From Octopus sinensis (taxonomy: Eukaryota), in the NCBI RefSeq assembly GCF_006345805.1, contig NC_043000.1, forward strand, positions 43,214,001-43,278,000: DNA of 64,000 nt. Reading direction: 5' to 3'. A program made the position numbers and the translations under genes. The stretch's first letter is position 1. Every line of letters begins with the position of its first letter. Below the pieces are notes generated by a model. That model saw nothing but the letters and a program-made list of their open reading frames with translations. It did not search any database and had not been told where the DNA came from. Of this stretch, positions 25,392 through 38,276 are shown in pieces.

Positions 25392-27092
25392 GAATGACTT
25401 TTCGTTGATGTTGAACGCTGAAAACTGTCTCATAATTTGTAAGACTTGGAAAGCATTGGAACATATATAGCTTCCAGCTGTAACAAAAAAAATTCACCAC
25501 AACAGATTTGAATCTGAATCCTTTTCATTAACTTTATCCAGAAATTCTTAAATATTCTGGTGGAAAATTAAACTTTTCCTTGAGGCTAGTTAGCCTGCCA
25601 CTTGCTGACGTCACAAATAATTGGCAAAATGTTGCAAAATATAGTATTTCTCTTTGTCGTCCACAACCGTTTTCATCTTATTTTGTGAAATATAGTAATT
25701 CTTCCAGTCAACAATACCGTATTGTTATTCCAAATATGCAGTTTCCAATTTCTAACATAGGTGACCATACAATAGAAGGGTGTTTGTAGTAAGACAAACG
25801 AATAAAATTTTGAATAAACGCAAACTTTTCAATGAAAGGGATAGCATAATCCAATAAATATATACTATGGAAGACTATCGCCAACGACCGCATAGTGTGA
25901 CTGCGTGTCATCGTCAATGGAACGAAAAATAGCAGACATAAAGAGGCAGAGATCAGATGTCAAAGACGCGAAAACCACCTCGCACTTCCTCGCTCCCCGC
26001 TAACGCTCCCCTCTAACGCTCCCCTGTGATGAATGGCCCCGGCTCACGTCTCGGCACCTATCAGGGTGAAGAGTCTCAATCACTCGCTACAGATTATTTA
26101 CTCGAATACGAGTTAATGTCGACGAGACGACTATGTTGTATGAACTTCATAAAGAACAAAATATTGGACAGTTCAATGCAGTTCATAAATTTGAAATATA
26201 TAATTGTATGAAATAGCTGTTAACAGAAACTGCAAAGGTTTCTGATTTATGCACAAGGCCATCAGTTTTTTAGGAGGGAAGTAGTCACTCTCAATAGCCT
26301 GTACTTGAATGTTAGTACTTATGTCTTCAACATGCAAACACAAATACGAACATAAATTAATGTTTATTCTGGTCAAGGATATAGAAGCCACAGTGTTCCA
26401 AATTCCTTTCCAATGAAATGTAGAAAATCCCTTATAAACATATGCCTTTCCAAACACAGAGTTGCTTAAGCGTAAGAAGGAACTTCTACACGATTAATAG
26501 ATCTGCTAGAAATATCAAATTATACCCTACCGTTTTGACGAAGGCAAAGAAACCTTTGGCAGTTGAGTTTCCGCATAAAGCTAAAACATGAGGATAAAAT
26601 CACGTTTGATACACTTTTGAAGATATATTTGTTCGCTCGGGGTAAACATGCATAAAACATGAATCTTACGAGTATAGCATAGATCTGCATTAAATGTGGA
26701 GCAATTAAGGATACCGTTATCTGCTTCAACTTAATTGCAGAATGTTCTTTTTTCCCATGTAAATCCCAAAGTAAAACAGTGGATTGTACAGAGTATTTGG
26801 TTATTTGGATAACTGTATGTATGTACACACACATGCACACAAGTATAAACAAAAGGGTTTACATTAGGGAAACTGAAATAGGGAGGATTATCATTTAAAT
26901 CCATAACCTCACCTCGCAAAGAGAGAAGCGCACCCATTTTAGTGGTAGATCTAATATACTGCCTTGATGAACACTGGCACCTAATCATCATGTGCCCTCT
27001 GTAGAGGTTTATCTGTTGCAGGTATTAGAACTGGATCCCACATACAGCATGTGAAGTGTTTCGTTCAAACAACTGACGTATCGGTATCGTCG

Positions 27093-27159
<67 letters not shown>

Positions 27160-28970
27160 AGAGAGAGAGAGAGAGATCGTTCGCATTTGAGATCAAAGTC
27201 ATTGACATTTCTTTTTCTCGTTGTCAAACGTGAATGGTGTATTCCCCACATAATCATATTTTATCGTGAGGACTCATACTTAGTATGAAATTTTACGTAC
27301 TGCTTTGACAACTCAAGAATAATACCCCATTATCACTTTACATCTATAAGTGTACCAAATCACGTCTTGAAATTTCAAGTCTATGAAAGATTAGCAGTTG
27401 TTTACAAATGTGAGAAAGTCTCCACGTAACGATGTTCTTCAAGAGATACAAAAGAACCGACACAGTTAGGCACAGATGTCATGGCAGAAGATATAACTAG
27501 AATGCGAAAACCAGATCCACAAGGCATCCCATCCAAAACTTTGACAATTCACTTTATTCTTTACTGCGGACTGGTATTCCAGCTATCGACCTGGAAAGCA
27601 ATATTGATATCTGAGGGTCTTTAATTCAAAATGCAAGGAACCAGTACATAAAGCAAGATATATCTGAGAAACTAATTGCTCATAAATTTTGACTCAACGT
27701 AACAGCATTTCTTTTACCCAATGTGCTAAGGTTATTCTGGAGAATACAAGTATACATTCCTTACGATTTGTAAGCCTTTTATTGTGAATTGTATTTTTGA
27801 GGATTAACGTAAGACTGAATCACTGAATGGATAATATATGTTTATACAGTACAAAGGGAATTTAGATACAAAGGATACATGAAAGGGAATTCCTAATTCA
27901 AATGGGGATGTATACTTTCTCCTTTTCTTTTACTTTTGTTTCTCCTTTTACTCCATTTCATTATTTCACACTTTACCAATTTCCAGTTTTACATTCTACT
28001 CTTATTTGCATGAGATTTTTCATTCAATCAAAATATATCAAACAGAATTCCTAATACGATTGTTCCATTGTTCCACGTGTAGCGGTGTTTGGTTGGATGG
28101 ATGATGGTATGTTATTTTAATACAACATTTCATGTTTGTCGGAGTGAGCGGCATGGATCATGGAGAACATAACACGTTCCGAAAGCCTTGTAAAGTGTGA
28201 CAATAAGATCTAAAGTTGTCGACCACATGGGAAGATATATATTAGTTTCTAGGAGAAAAGTGCGAGATAGGTAGATGGATTGATAGATTGATAAATGTAG
28301 AAAGCAAAGTAGGAGATTTTTTTGTTCTGTATGTGCCATTCGTGCTGTTTAGATACACGACAACTAACGATCAAAGAAAAAAAATCACAAATGCTCTTGA
28401 GAGACAAAAAATATATAATCCTAAGAAGTGAAGATACTAACGTGCTGTCCTTATTTCATATAGGCACACAGTAAATTCAGATATGCTAAGACTTGCGCCC
28501 ATGGTCATTAGCGTTGGAAGAAATTCACAGAATTTGTAAATGAAACCACATGGTCAGGTTCTTCTCTAATTTAAAAGTAAATGACAACAGTCATCAAAAT
28601 ATTTGGTCTCTCCTGCAGCTATGATAAAGTTGATGAAATAGAATGTGTTGCAATTCAGGTGTCTTCTGAAGCGTATTACTGGTATAAGTGTTGAAAAATA
28701 TTTTGAGCTCGTAAAAGTCAGAAGCACGTGACACAAGAAAATGCCATCAGCACTGCTTCTCTTCTGAGTCATTTGATAAATTACAAAATAATTTGTATTT
28801 TTTTTTTGTGGTGGGGGGGGGGAATAAATGAGCATTGTATAGTGGCGTTCATGTTATTTCTAAGAAGATTGAATGTGTTAATGTATGTTAATAGAAATAT
28901 TTATTAGTTAAATTGGATCACAACTATGTCATATACATACACACACACATAGACACATACATATATATAA

Positions 28971-29059
<89 letters not shown>

Positions 29060-29111
29060 TTATAAACAGGGTGGCGCATTACCAACCAAAACCCAATAAC
29101 AAAAACGAATA

Positions 29112-29642
29112 TAGGCCAGCACTGTTTATGCTAAAATAAGAGTTAAATTAACTCTAAAGCCACAAGTCATTCTAACTCAATGGTTGACAAAGAGAGGTAA
29201 GATCCTATCGTATGAAGCTGGATCACTATTTCGAATCTTGGTGTTGACACCTTAATTCTCATCAGCGGCTTTTAACGCCTAGGGTTTAACTAAACTTCTC
29301 CTATCAATCATATAAGAAAGACCTTTTAAATCATATGCTGATTTTCCAAACGGTGAATGTGCAGACAAGTAAGAAAACGGGTGGCCCATTAGCAATCAGA
29401 ACCCAAGAAAAATCAGCTTTTGATTTAAACGGCCTTTCTTATATGATTGATAGAGAAAGTTGAGTTTAAACCTAAGCGTTAAAAGCCATTGATGAGAATT
29501 AAGGTGTCACTGCCAAGATTCGAAATCCCGATCTGACTTCATACGATAGGGACTTACCTCCAATTTGCCAATCATTGCGTTAAAATGATTTGTGGCTTTA
29601 GAGTTAACTTAACTATTATTTTAGCATAAACGGTGCTGGCTA
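29112..29642. mobile_element. Foldback/MITE with ~235-bp imperfect inverted arms
   Basis: GCCAGCACTGTTTATGCTAAAATAA (29115) vs TTATTTTAGCATAAACGGTGCTGGC (29640); similarity continues inward to ~29350/29405. Confidence 0.85.
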
Positions 29643-29705
29643 GCACCCTCCGTCACGCACACACTAAAAATTAATATAAGCAGTTTTGTGAAATCTATGT
29701 ATAAT

Positions 29706-30285
29706 ACCTATTTCTTTACTACCCACAAGGAGCTAAACACAGAGGGAACGAAGAAGGATACATAAACGGATCAAGTCGATTATATCGACCCAGTGCGTAA
29801 CTGGTACTTATTTAATCGACCCCAAAAGGATGAAAGGCAAAGTCGACCTCGGCGGAATTTGAACTCAGAACGTAACGACAGACGAAATACCTATTTTTTT
29901 ATTACCCACAAGGGGCTACACACCGAGGAGTCAAACAAGGACAGACATAGGTATTAATTCGATTATATCGACCCCAGTGCGTAACCAGTACTTATTTAAT
30001 CGACCCCGAAAGGATGACAGGCAAAGTCGACCTCGGCGGAATTTGAACTCAGAACATAACAGCAGACGAACTACGGCTACGCATTTCGCCCGGCGTGCTA
30101 ACATTTCTGCCAGCTCGCCGCCTTAAGTCGATTATATCGACCCCAGTGCGTAACTAGTACTTATTTAATCGACCCCAAAAAGATAAAAGGCAAAGTCGAC
30201 CTCGGCGGAATTTGAACTCAGAAAGTAACGACAGACGAAATACCGCTAATCATTTCGTACGGCGTGTTAACGTTTCTGCCAGCCG
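29706..30285 (-). mobile_element. Three tandem or nested SINE2 copies (~29706-29890, 29888-30124, 30125-30285)
   Basis: Repeated core TTCTGAGTTCAAATTCCGCCGAGGTCGACTTTGCC. Full head AAGGCGGCGAGCTGGCAGAA only in the middle copy; Tx1-type tails on two copies. Confidence 0.9.
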
Positions 30286-30741
30286 CAATCTATGTGTAAT
30301 ACCGTAAGGGAAAAAATTAATCGTCACTAAGAGTGCTTAAAGTTGCCGAAATACCTAATTGTTACTCTTTTATATTTACACACAGACATGCACACACAGA
30401 CACGCAAATGTGAATTCATATATACATACATGCATACGCGTGTATGTATATATGTGTGAACAACGCATTTGCTTACTTCAAAGAGAGTAACAATCTAATA
30501 GAAGTGAAATGAATTATATCATGGTTCAATACTAAGTCGTAAGTAGCTCAATTCCCCTTTACGGTACTTGCATTGTTGTCGCGTATGTAAACCCAGGACC
30601 TGCAAAAGGAGGAGACAAAGAAGTGTCTAACGTATTCCTAGAAACTCTCGCGCTGTCCGTCTGCCTATTATTCTCTTTATCTCTGTCTCTCTCACTCTCT
30701 CTTTCTTCACAAACACACTCACACACACACATACATATACA

Positions 30742-30905
30742 ACGCGAGGACGTGGTACAAGTACTGTATTACTGGACGCTCAGGAAAGGAAAGAAGAGAA
30801 AGAGGATATCCCGTTTCGAGCGGAGCTCTTCATCAGAAATATAGAAAATGGTCCAAAGAAGGGAAAACAGAGAAAGAAAATCGCCAACAGGACACACACG
30901 GTCGC
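30742..30905 (-). mobile_element. ~200-bp hammerhead-bearing short repeat (PLE pLTR-like), copy A
   Basis: Minus strand CTGATGAAGAGCTCCGCTCGAAAC; cleavage triplet mutated to GGG; downstream CCTGAGCGTCC..CCACGTCCTCGCGTTG shared with the 49-kb and 57-kb copies. Confidence 0.75.
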
Positions 30906-31470
30906 ACACACACACACACACACATATGTATTAGCACATGTAAATATGTGTGTGTGTGTTGGGGGCATATATACACGTATATGTGTATATACACATGCGC
31001 AGGCGTGGTTGTATGGTAAAAATTTTGCTTCCCAAACACAGGTTTGTGTGTGTACGTGCGTATATGTGTGTGCATGTGTGTGTGTGTGCGTTTGTGTGTG
31101 TGCGTGTGTGTGTGTGTTTGTCTTCGTATCAATAACTTAATGGTTCGGCAAAGGAGGCCTTCAGAATAGGTACCAGGTTTAAAATATTAGTACAGGGGTC
31201 GATTACCATTGCTAAAATTCTTCAAGGCAGAACACTAGCATGGCAGCAGTCTAGTGACTAGAACAAATTAAAGATACAAACATATACATACATATACACA
31301 CAACACACAAATATATAGTGATAGAAACATAGATAGATAGATAGATAGATAAATGCATACATACATACCTGTGTATAAATAAATGAATTTGTTCATTTAT
31401 ATCTAAGTGTTTCTGTGTGTGTGTGTGTGTGTGTGTGTATAAAATTGCCAACCAAGTGTGGCATCATATA

Positions 31471-31815
31471 CAGGACAGTGCTATTGACGTTTATAGCCCC
31501 AGGAAGACATCTCTTCCAGCTGGCTAACGACACACATTCTGTGTCCGATTTGTATTTTCGAGGAAAGGTCATCACTCTCATCTCAAGCCTTACGTGATGC
31601 ACATGGACTCGAGTTTGTGGGTGGTTACCCGTCCTCAACGTGTGTTATTCGCCAGTTAGTGATAAAACTTACTCCACTCGCAAAATGCTATATGCATTTT
31701 CTAGTGACAAAAGCTACAATACTAAAATACTAGTATACTAAAATACTAACGGGACACGGCTAGCCTGCTGGAAGAGATGTTTTCCTGAGGCTATAAACGT
31801 TAGTAGCACTGTCCG
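31471..31815. mobile_element. MITE with ~55-bp TIRs and probable TA TSD
   Basis: GGACAGTGCTATTGACGTTTATAGCCCCAGGAAGACATCTCTTCCAGC vs reverse complement of GCTGGAAGAGATGTTTTCCTGAGGCTATAAACGTTAGTAGCACTGTCC. Confidence 0.8.
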
Positions 31816-31893
31816 TATGGGACGCCACACTTGGCAATTATGTTACGATTCTGTATTGCTAGTGTTTATATCTCGCTTAGAGATTTAATATAT

Positions 31894-31946
<53 letters not shown>

Positions 31947-32060
31947 CATGCATACATACATATACACACAGACACATAGAAGAATCTGTATGTCTACGAT
32001 CTATCTATCTATCTATTCTATTCTATCGATCTACACGTGTGTGTATGTTTTTCTTCCTTT

Positions 32061-32133
<73 letters not shown>

Positions 32134-32637
32134 TTTATTACTCAAAATCGCACATAACCAGAATGAAATAAAAAATCTTCAAAAACTAAAAGAAACAATT
32201 TACTTGATAACGGTTTAGCAACGGAGCCGGAAGCGCACATACACACACACACACACACTCAGACGTGAACGCATGCGCACACACACGCACCTACATATTC
32301 GTATAAAAATGTTTGATATTTCAGTTAATTTACACAAATCTAACTCTGGAATTGACAAATCTGTCTCAATATAGTAAGGTGGTGTTCATTAAATAACTAT
32401 TTATTATCAAGTGTTTCGTAACGAATGATTAATAAAAATTATAAATACAAGATTATTCATCCGTCTATTTTTACCATTGTAAATATTAGCACTGTAGTAA
32501 AGCTTATGACATTATTAAATGGAAAAAAAATGATGTTTCAAGTGTTTATTTAAATAGAAGCATAGAAGCAATGAAAGAAAAGAGAAAGCCAGACATAAGA
32601 AAATAAGTCAGGAGGAGAGCAAAAATATGATTTGTGT

Positions 32638-32659
32638 GTATCTATCTATCTATCTATCC

Positions 32660-32736
<77 letters not shown>

Positions 32737-32768
32737 ACTATCTATCTATCTATCTATCTATCTATCTG
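32638..32768. repeat. (TATC)n microsatellite
   Basis: Direct reading. Confidence 0.95.
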
Positions 32769-33896
32769 TCTTCCTTGCTAGCTAGCAAGCTATACATATA
32801 TGCATACATGTATACATATATTTAGATATAGATGTATATGTATACACACACACACACATATATATAAATATATTTGGTTATTAATATACGTGTATGTATG
32901 TGTGGAATCATCACTTATCATCTGTTCCAATATTGTTCTAACCATTCGCTTCGTTTGTGTTTTTCGAATCGATTTTTGGCTACGATTTCTTTCTTCCTCT
33001 TTTCAGAAAAAAATTTTCTTCCCATCTGTATACTGACACCTGCCCTGGGTTAGCTAGCATATGTTACAAGAGTCTATCCGAGAACCGTGGTACAGCAATA
33101 ACCTTGCTGTGTTTCAGAATGCGCAGTAAAACCGAGGGTGAGAGTTCTCTAGCTATTGTCAGAGTGTTCTTCTGGAAGAAGGAAAATCTGATGTAAAACC
33201 TGAGGTTTCACGTAGTCAGTACTAATTTCCTTTCTTCTTCTCACTAGATACTAGTCATAGAGACTCAGAGAGTGGCACTCATTTTGTTCAAACATTTATT
33301 GCTACCATCCTACGGCATACACATATATCTTTATAGTGATTTTAGTTGTCATTTCATGTAGTGAGATTTCTGCGACAATAGCAAAAAATGTGGTGACATG
33401 TGAAGTCCTAACCAGTTGCTACAACAATCACCTGTCACCTATGTTTCAGCCCATACAGATGTGCAATGGGACTACATAATCATCTGCGATATCATGAACA
33501 GAAAGACAAATGGCACTGACAAGAAAGTAACAAATCTGTGAAGCAGGTGCAGTCACCATGTACTTATACATTCATACGTACACAGACACACACGAAAACA
33601 CACGCACACACATGCACACACACGCACACTCACGTAGTTGTGCGGGACTACGATGCCCTCTAGCGAAAAAGGACTGGATCACTACACATAAATAGTAGCG
33701 GTCTGAGTAAGTGAAGTAGTTCGTGCTAGTTCCAACTCTTGTGAACTCCCTTTTGATTGGTTAACTTCTTGAATTGTTGCACCGACAGTCAAATTGTTAT
33801 TGTGTTTAACTGTTTTGTGTCTAACGACACATTGTTTTACTGCTTGTTGAGACTTGTTTGACGCTTTCCCCCTTTCTTGAAAGGGGAAGCGCGGTA

Positions 33897-34430
33897 ATGG
33901 AGGCGAGCTATGGAATTGTTGGTTCCTTAGACGACAACAAGTCTGAGGAGGAATTGTTAAGAGTCTGAAATTGATAGATGAGGCGATGGAAATGAAGAAC
34001 TTTGCTGAAAAGGAGCGGAAAGGCGTAAAATTGTCCCCTCCCATTGAGACAACGGATGAAATGAAAAAAAGAACCGTACTGTACAAAACATACAGTTTTA
34101 ACTTACTACGAATAGAGGCCACAACCAAATCACAAGCTGAAAGGCATTGAGGCCAATATGGAAGAAGTAAATTACTTCACCAGAGGAAGGACAGATGCAA
34201 TGGTAGAGGTGCAGTTTGTGTCGGAGGCTATGGCCAGGCAGCATGACGTGACTTCCTTCAAAACGGACTAGGTGGTCCTTCTGGCCATATACCTGGAAAG
34301 GCGCGCTTCTAGGGTAATGATAGAGGAGATCCCTCCCGAGGTGGATGTGGCCTGTCTGGTAGCCGCCATCCTGTTGGGAATGGATATGATAATTCAGGCC
34401 ACCCCGAAGATTTGGAGAGCATGGTGTGTG
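33897..34430 (+). pseudogene. Degenerate Tx1-type ORF1, 3'-truncated and followed by a SINE1 3' half (~34420-34610)
   Basis: NYFTRGRTDAMVEVQFVSEAMARQH..VVLLAIYLERRASRVMIEEIPPEVDVACLVAAIL aligns to Tx1-A ORF1 YVARGRAYGTVDVRFSGEEMARGH..VVLFPSYRGRRTSRVRIVEAPPEVDPVEVVAALL. Confidence 0.82.
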
Positions 34431-34881
34431 TACCCCCACCATTACTTGACTACCGATGTTGCTGTGTTTACGTTCCCATAACTTAGCGGTTCCGCAAATG
34501 TAACAGATAGAATAAGTACTAGGCCCACAAAGAATAAATCCTGTGGTCGTTTTCTTCGATCAAAGGTTTGCTCCAGCATGACCACAGTCACATGACTGAA
34601 ACACGTAAAGCAAAAAAAAAATTTATGCCATTTTATTCCGGAGCAAGACCGAGTACCTCTGCTTGTTAAAGTTAAAGTATGTGCTAAGTCCCGTTCTGGA
34701 ATGACGTGTTTTTTCTACTGTTACGATATGTACTTGTGTTGTTTTATTACTCTGTTGTAGGCTTTGCCGTCTAGGGCTGTCTATTTTTTTTTTTAACTGA
34801 TTCTGCGTTATATGACGCATTGCCTGCTTCCGCAGGGTTTACATTTTATTCCCCTTTCTAAAGAATGAGTTGTTCTGAAGT

Positions 34882-35900
34882 ATGGATTCCGAGGAATGCC
34901 AATACGATTCTTTGGACCACTTTGTGGAGTGTTCGCCTGATCGGGTAGCGTTGGAAAGTTATGATAAAGGTAAGATAAAATTCTAGATGAAGTCTTCATT
35001 CAGTAACAATATTGAGAAAGGTTTCGCGTCCACTACCAAGCAGACAAATGAAGGAATGCACTTCTCGCCAGAATTTAAGTAAACGTTGCTTAATGAGGTA
35101 CATAAGGAGAATTCTAACGTGAGGTTGACTCTACGAGAAACTATCGTGGAAGATGTAAGGAAGAAAGCTACAATTTATAGAACCATGGCACTGGCAATAG
35201 GAAGGATAGAAATGACACCCAGGGATGCCATCGAGAGGTGCTTGAAACTAATATGGCGGCATATAAAATATAACAACAGAGAAAAGCGTTTTGGCACTCT
35301 AGAGGCGAAGTTCGCTTCCGAAAAGGAAGCAATAGAATACTCAATGAATATTTTAAAGTCGGAAGAACTAGTATTGCTCCCGACTTAACTTGGAAGAAGG
35401 ACCTCCACAATTAAAATAGAGGAGGTCCCTCCAGAAGTCTCCGATGCATGGCTTATAGCAACCATATTGTTCAATCAAAAATATTAGGTCTATCTCATTT
35501 CAACTTCCAGAACTCAAGTGCAAAACTGGGAGGATCGTGGCCTGGAATTGTCAAAAATATATTGAAGAAATTCCAGAATATATTATATTGAAATTGAGAC
35601 AAAAATAAGGGTTATCGTAGAGGTAAAAGCTCAAAGTGCTTCGGGTGCGGGCAGAAGGGCCGTATAAATGGTAAGTGCCTACACGGCATGCAGCCGGGGG
35701 CGCACACTCCATCCAGCAAACCAGCACAAACGAAAGAACCAATTAGCATCGTAAAGGATAATCCACTGACCTACAAATATAGATAAATATAGGTATAAGT
35801 AAATTCAACGCCGGCCGAAAGCAGCGACAAATGGACAGAAGTAAAGAGAAAAAAAAAAGAAAAAGACACTCTTCCTCACGCTTATTTTAATGTTAAAAAA
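34882..35900 (+). pseudogene. Second degenerate Tx1-type ORF1
   Basis: From ATG 34882 (in-frame stops) to AIERCLKLIWRHIKY..KRFGTLEAKFASEKEA..LVLLPT*LGRRTSTIKIEEVPPEV; later KWTEVKRKKK. Confidence 0.8.
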
Positions 35901-37001
35901 AACAGTAGACAGCGCACACACACAGCGTTGACACAGTAAACATAGACAATATAAAAACTCACACACTCCACTCACAAGACACCAACAATTTGTTCGCTAG
36001 ATAGGTATAATCCATGTTCACAGGAGATATTACCTCCATCATCACCCGAAAAAAACCAACCCAGATACTCAATTGCACATATTAAACCCTCCCCATCTGA
36101 ATACAAGAACGAACTATCAGGATAAATTAAAAAGTAATTTAGAACAAGTGTTACAAGCCCTTCAAGAATAAGTATGAATAAGAACGCTGTGTTTGAGCTA
36201 TTAAATGTAATGGGCGGTAAATTTAGCAATGTTTCAAGGCATAAAATGAAAGGTTTTAGTTATTTGAAGTTTTTCATGGATTTGTTAGAACGTTGTTCGA
36301 AGCTTACTTTTTACATGTTTTAATTGTATTTTACCACAGGAAAAACTAATCTGGATAAGATTCAGTGATGATGCGAGATTGGTGGGGTTCCCCTGTATCT
36401 ATCACTCCGTTTTTCCCTCTTTTTACATCATCCAGTTTTATATCTGCTTTTTGTTTCGACCCCCATCTTTTATTGTTTCCATGTCCTTGTGCTGTCCTAT
36501 CTTTATTTGAGTCTAAGTGGTTAATCAAAAATAAAGTTCGTGCTAGTCCCACATTTCGTATGTTGATACTTGAATGTTGGAGTTAAATGTTTACAGTTGG
36601 TGTTAGCATGTTGGATTGTTGGTTTTGAAAAGATTGTTGTTACTTTACGTGTGGTTACTGCCGTTTGTTTCACTTATACTGTTATTACATTGTTGCAGTT
36701 TATTCGTTTATCCATAAGCGAACACACACACACACACAAATATAAGTGAAAAACGATACATTGGATAATAAACTCCTAAAATGCAGAATGGGCATGGCTA
36801 GAGTGACTTCAGCGTAGCTTTGCTCGGTTACTATTGCCATGGGCTAAATAGTAATAACAATGAATGAAATAAATAATTCAATTCGACTGTATAGGTTATG
36901 AATGCAGGCCAATGTATTGAGGTGGACATTGATTTCCGTAACAGTAGTTGTTGATGTAGTAGTTACTGAAGCTGTAGGTAAATCTGATGGGAAAGTACTT
37001 C

Positions 37002-37036
<35 letters not shown>

Positions 37037-37040
37037 CAGC

Positions 37041-37073
<33 letters not shown>

Positions 37074-37449
37074 AGTCTGGCTGATGAGAAAGTACTTCAG
37101 TTGTAGTTGACAGCTGAGATTTTAATTTAGTTGGCTAACTGCCAGCAAGGTGTCACCGAAATATCCAAAAAATCCCAATGAATCGATAAACGAGGCCTTA
37201 GGTTCTTAACCTGAAAGTTAGCTCCTGCTGTGAAATGTCTCAGAGGTTATAACTATATCCAGTCTCACAGACATAATACATAAAATTTAAAAAGTTATAC
37301 GTCTGAAGATTAGTTAGCAATTTTTTTCTTATTGGTTTCGTTTGTGCTTTTGGCTTGATTTTTCTTTTCCCGTTTTTAATTTTTTCTTCTCGTCTGTATA
37401 TTGGCACGAAAATAAATTTCAAATTCTCTATGTTGATTGTTGCCTAAAA

Positions 37450-37498
37450 GGATATATATATACATATATACTCTTATGCATACATACATACATATATA

Positions 37499-37530
<32 letters not shown>

Positions 37531-37573
37531 GTATTTAAGTATATATATATATATATATATTTAAGTATATTTC

Positions 37574-37647
<74 letters not shown>

Positions 37648-37695
37648 TATATATATATACACACTTATATAATACATATATATGTATGTATATAT
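37450..37695. repeat. (TA)n-rich microsatellite
   Basis: Direct reading. Confidence 0.95.
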
Positions 37696-38039
37696 GCTCG
37701 TTATCTTTTTGTTAATTTCTTTCTTTATTTCATTTTCTGTTCAGACAGTAAATACTAGTGGAGGAGGAGGATTCAGAAGAAGAAATTAATTCTTTCTACA
37801 GTATATCGTTGTAAAATCGTATGATTACAGCAAGATTAATTTCTTGGTAGGTTCTAAACCTGCATTTTGGATTGAATGCGGCTTATGTTTCAGGAACATA
37901 AATACATTATAATACCACATTATACATAATGTATTATTTATTTTTCAGTGCAGGCTATGTACAGGAACACGTTATTATTTAACCAGTTAGTGAAGAACAT
38001 GTACCACGAAAGTGCTATTGTTTAGCATAATAACGGTTT

Positions 38040-38237
38040 CACATTTTGGCGCCAAGCCAGCATTTCAATGGTGCGTTAAGTAGATTATATCGATGCCAGG
38101 GCATTTATTTAATCGCCCCCGAACAAATGAAAGGCAAAGTCGACCTAAGCAAAATTTGAACTCAGAACATAAGTTCGGACGAAGTGCCGCTAAGCATTTG
38201 GCCCTGTGTGGTAACGTTTCTGCCAGCTCGCTTCCTT
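38040..38237 (-). mobile_element. Degenerate SINE2 copy
   Basis: AAAGGCAAAGTCGACCTAAGCAAAATTTGAACTCAGAAC...TGCCAGCTCGCTTCCTT matches the SINE2 reverse complement. Confidence 0.8.
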
Positions 38238-38276
38238 GAAAAGCACTGCAGTATTAATAGAATCATTACCGCGCCG

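Larger units (their letters stand above)
33735..36534 (+). mobile_element. Composite Tx1-related ORF1-only unit with 17-bp TSD
   Basis: TSD AGTTCGTGCTAGT(T/C)CCA at 33718-33734 and 36535-36551; tail TGTCCTTGTGCTGTCCTATCTTT...AAAAATAAA resembles the Tx1-A tail; no EN or RT motifs recognised. Confidence 0.72.

Noticed and set aside
26173-26852. Two adjacent minus-strand ORFs (94 and 110 aa) as a host gene
   Set aside because: Different frames, no recognisable domain and no clear splice structure.
29706-30285. Repeated ~35-bp motifs that could look like a CRISPR array
   Set aside because: The intervening sequences are also repeated; these are tandem SINE copies in eukaryotic DNA with no cas genes.
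37180-37225. ACGAGGCCTTAGGTTCTTAACCTGAAAG as a hammerhead
   Set aside because: No CUGANGA core.
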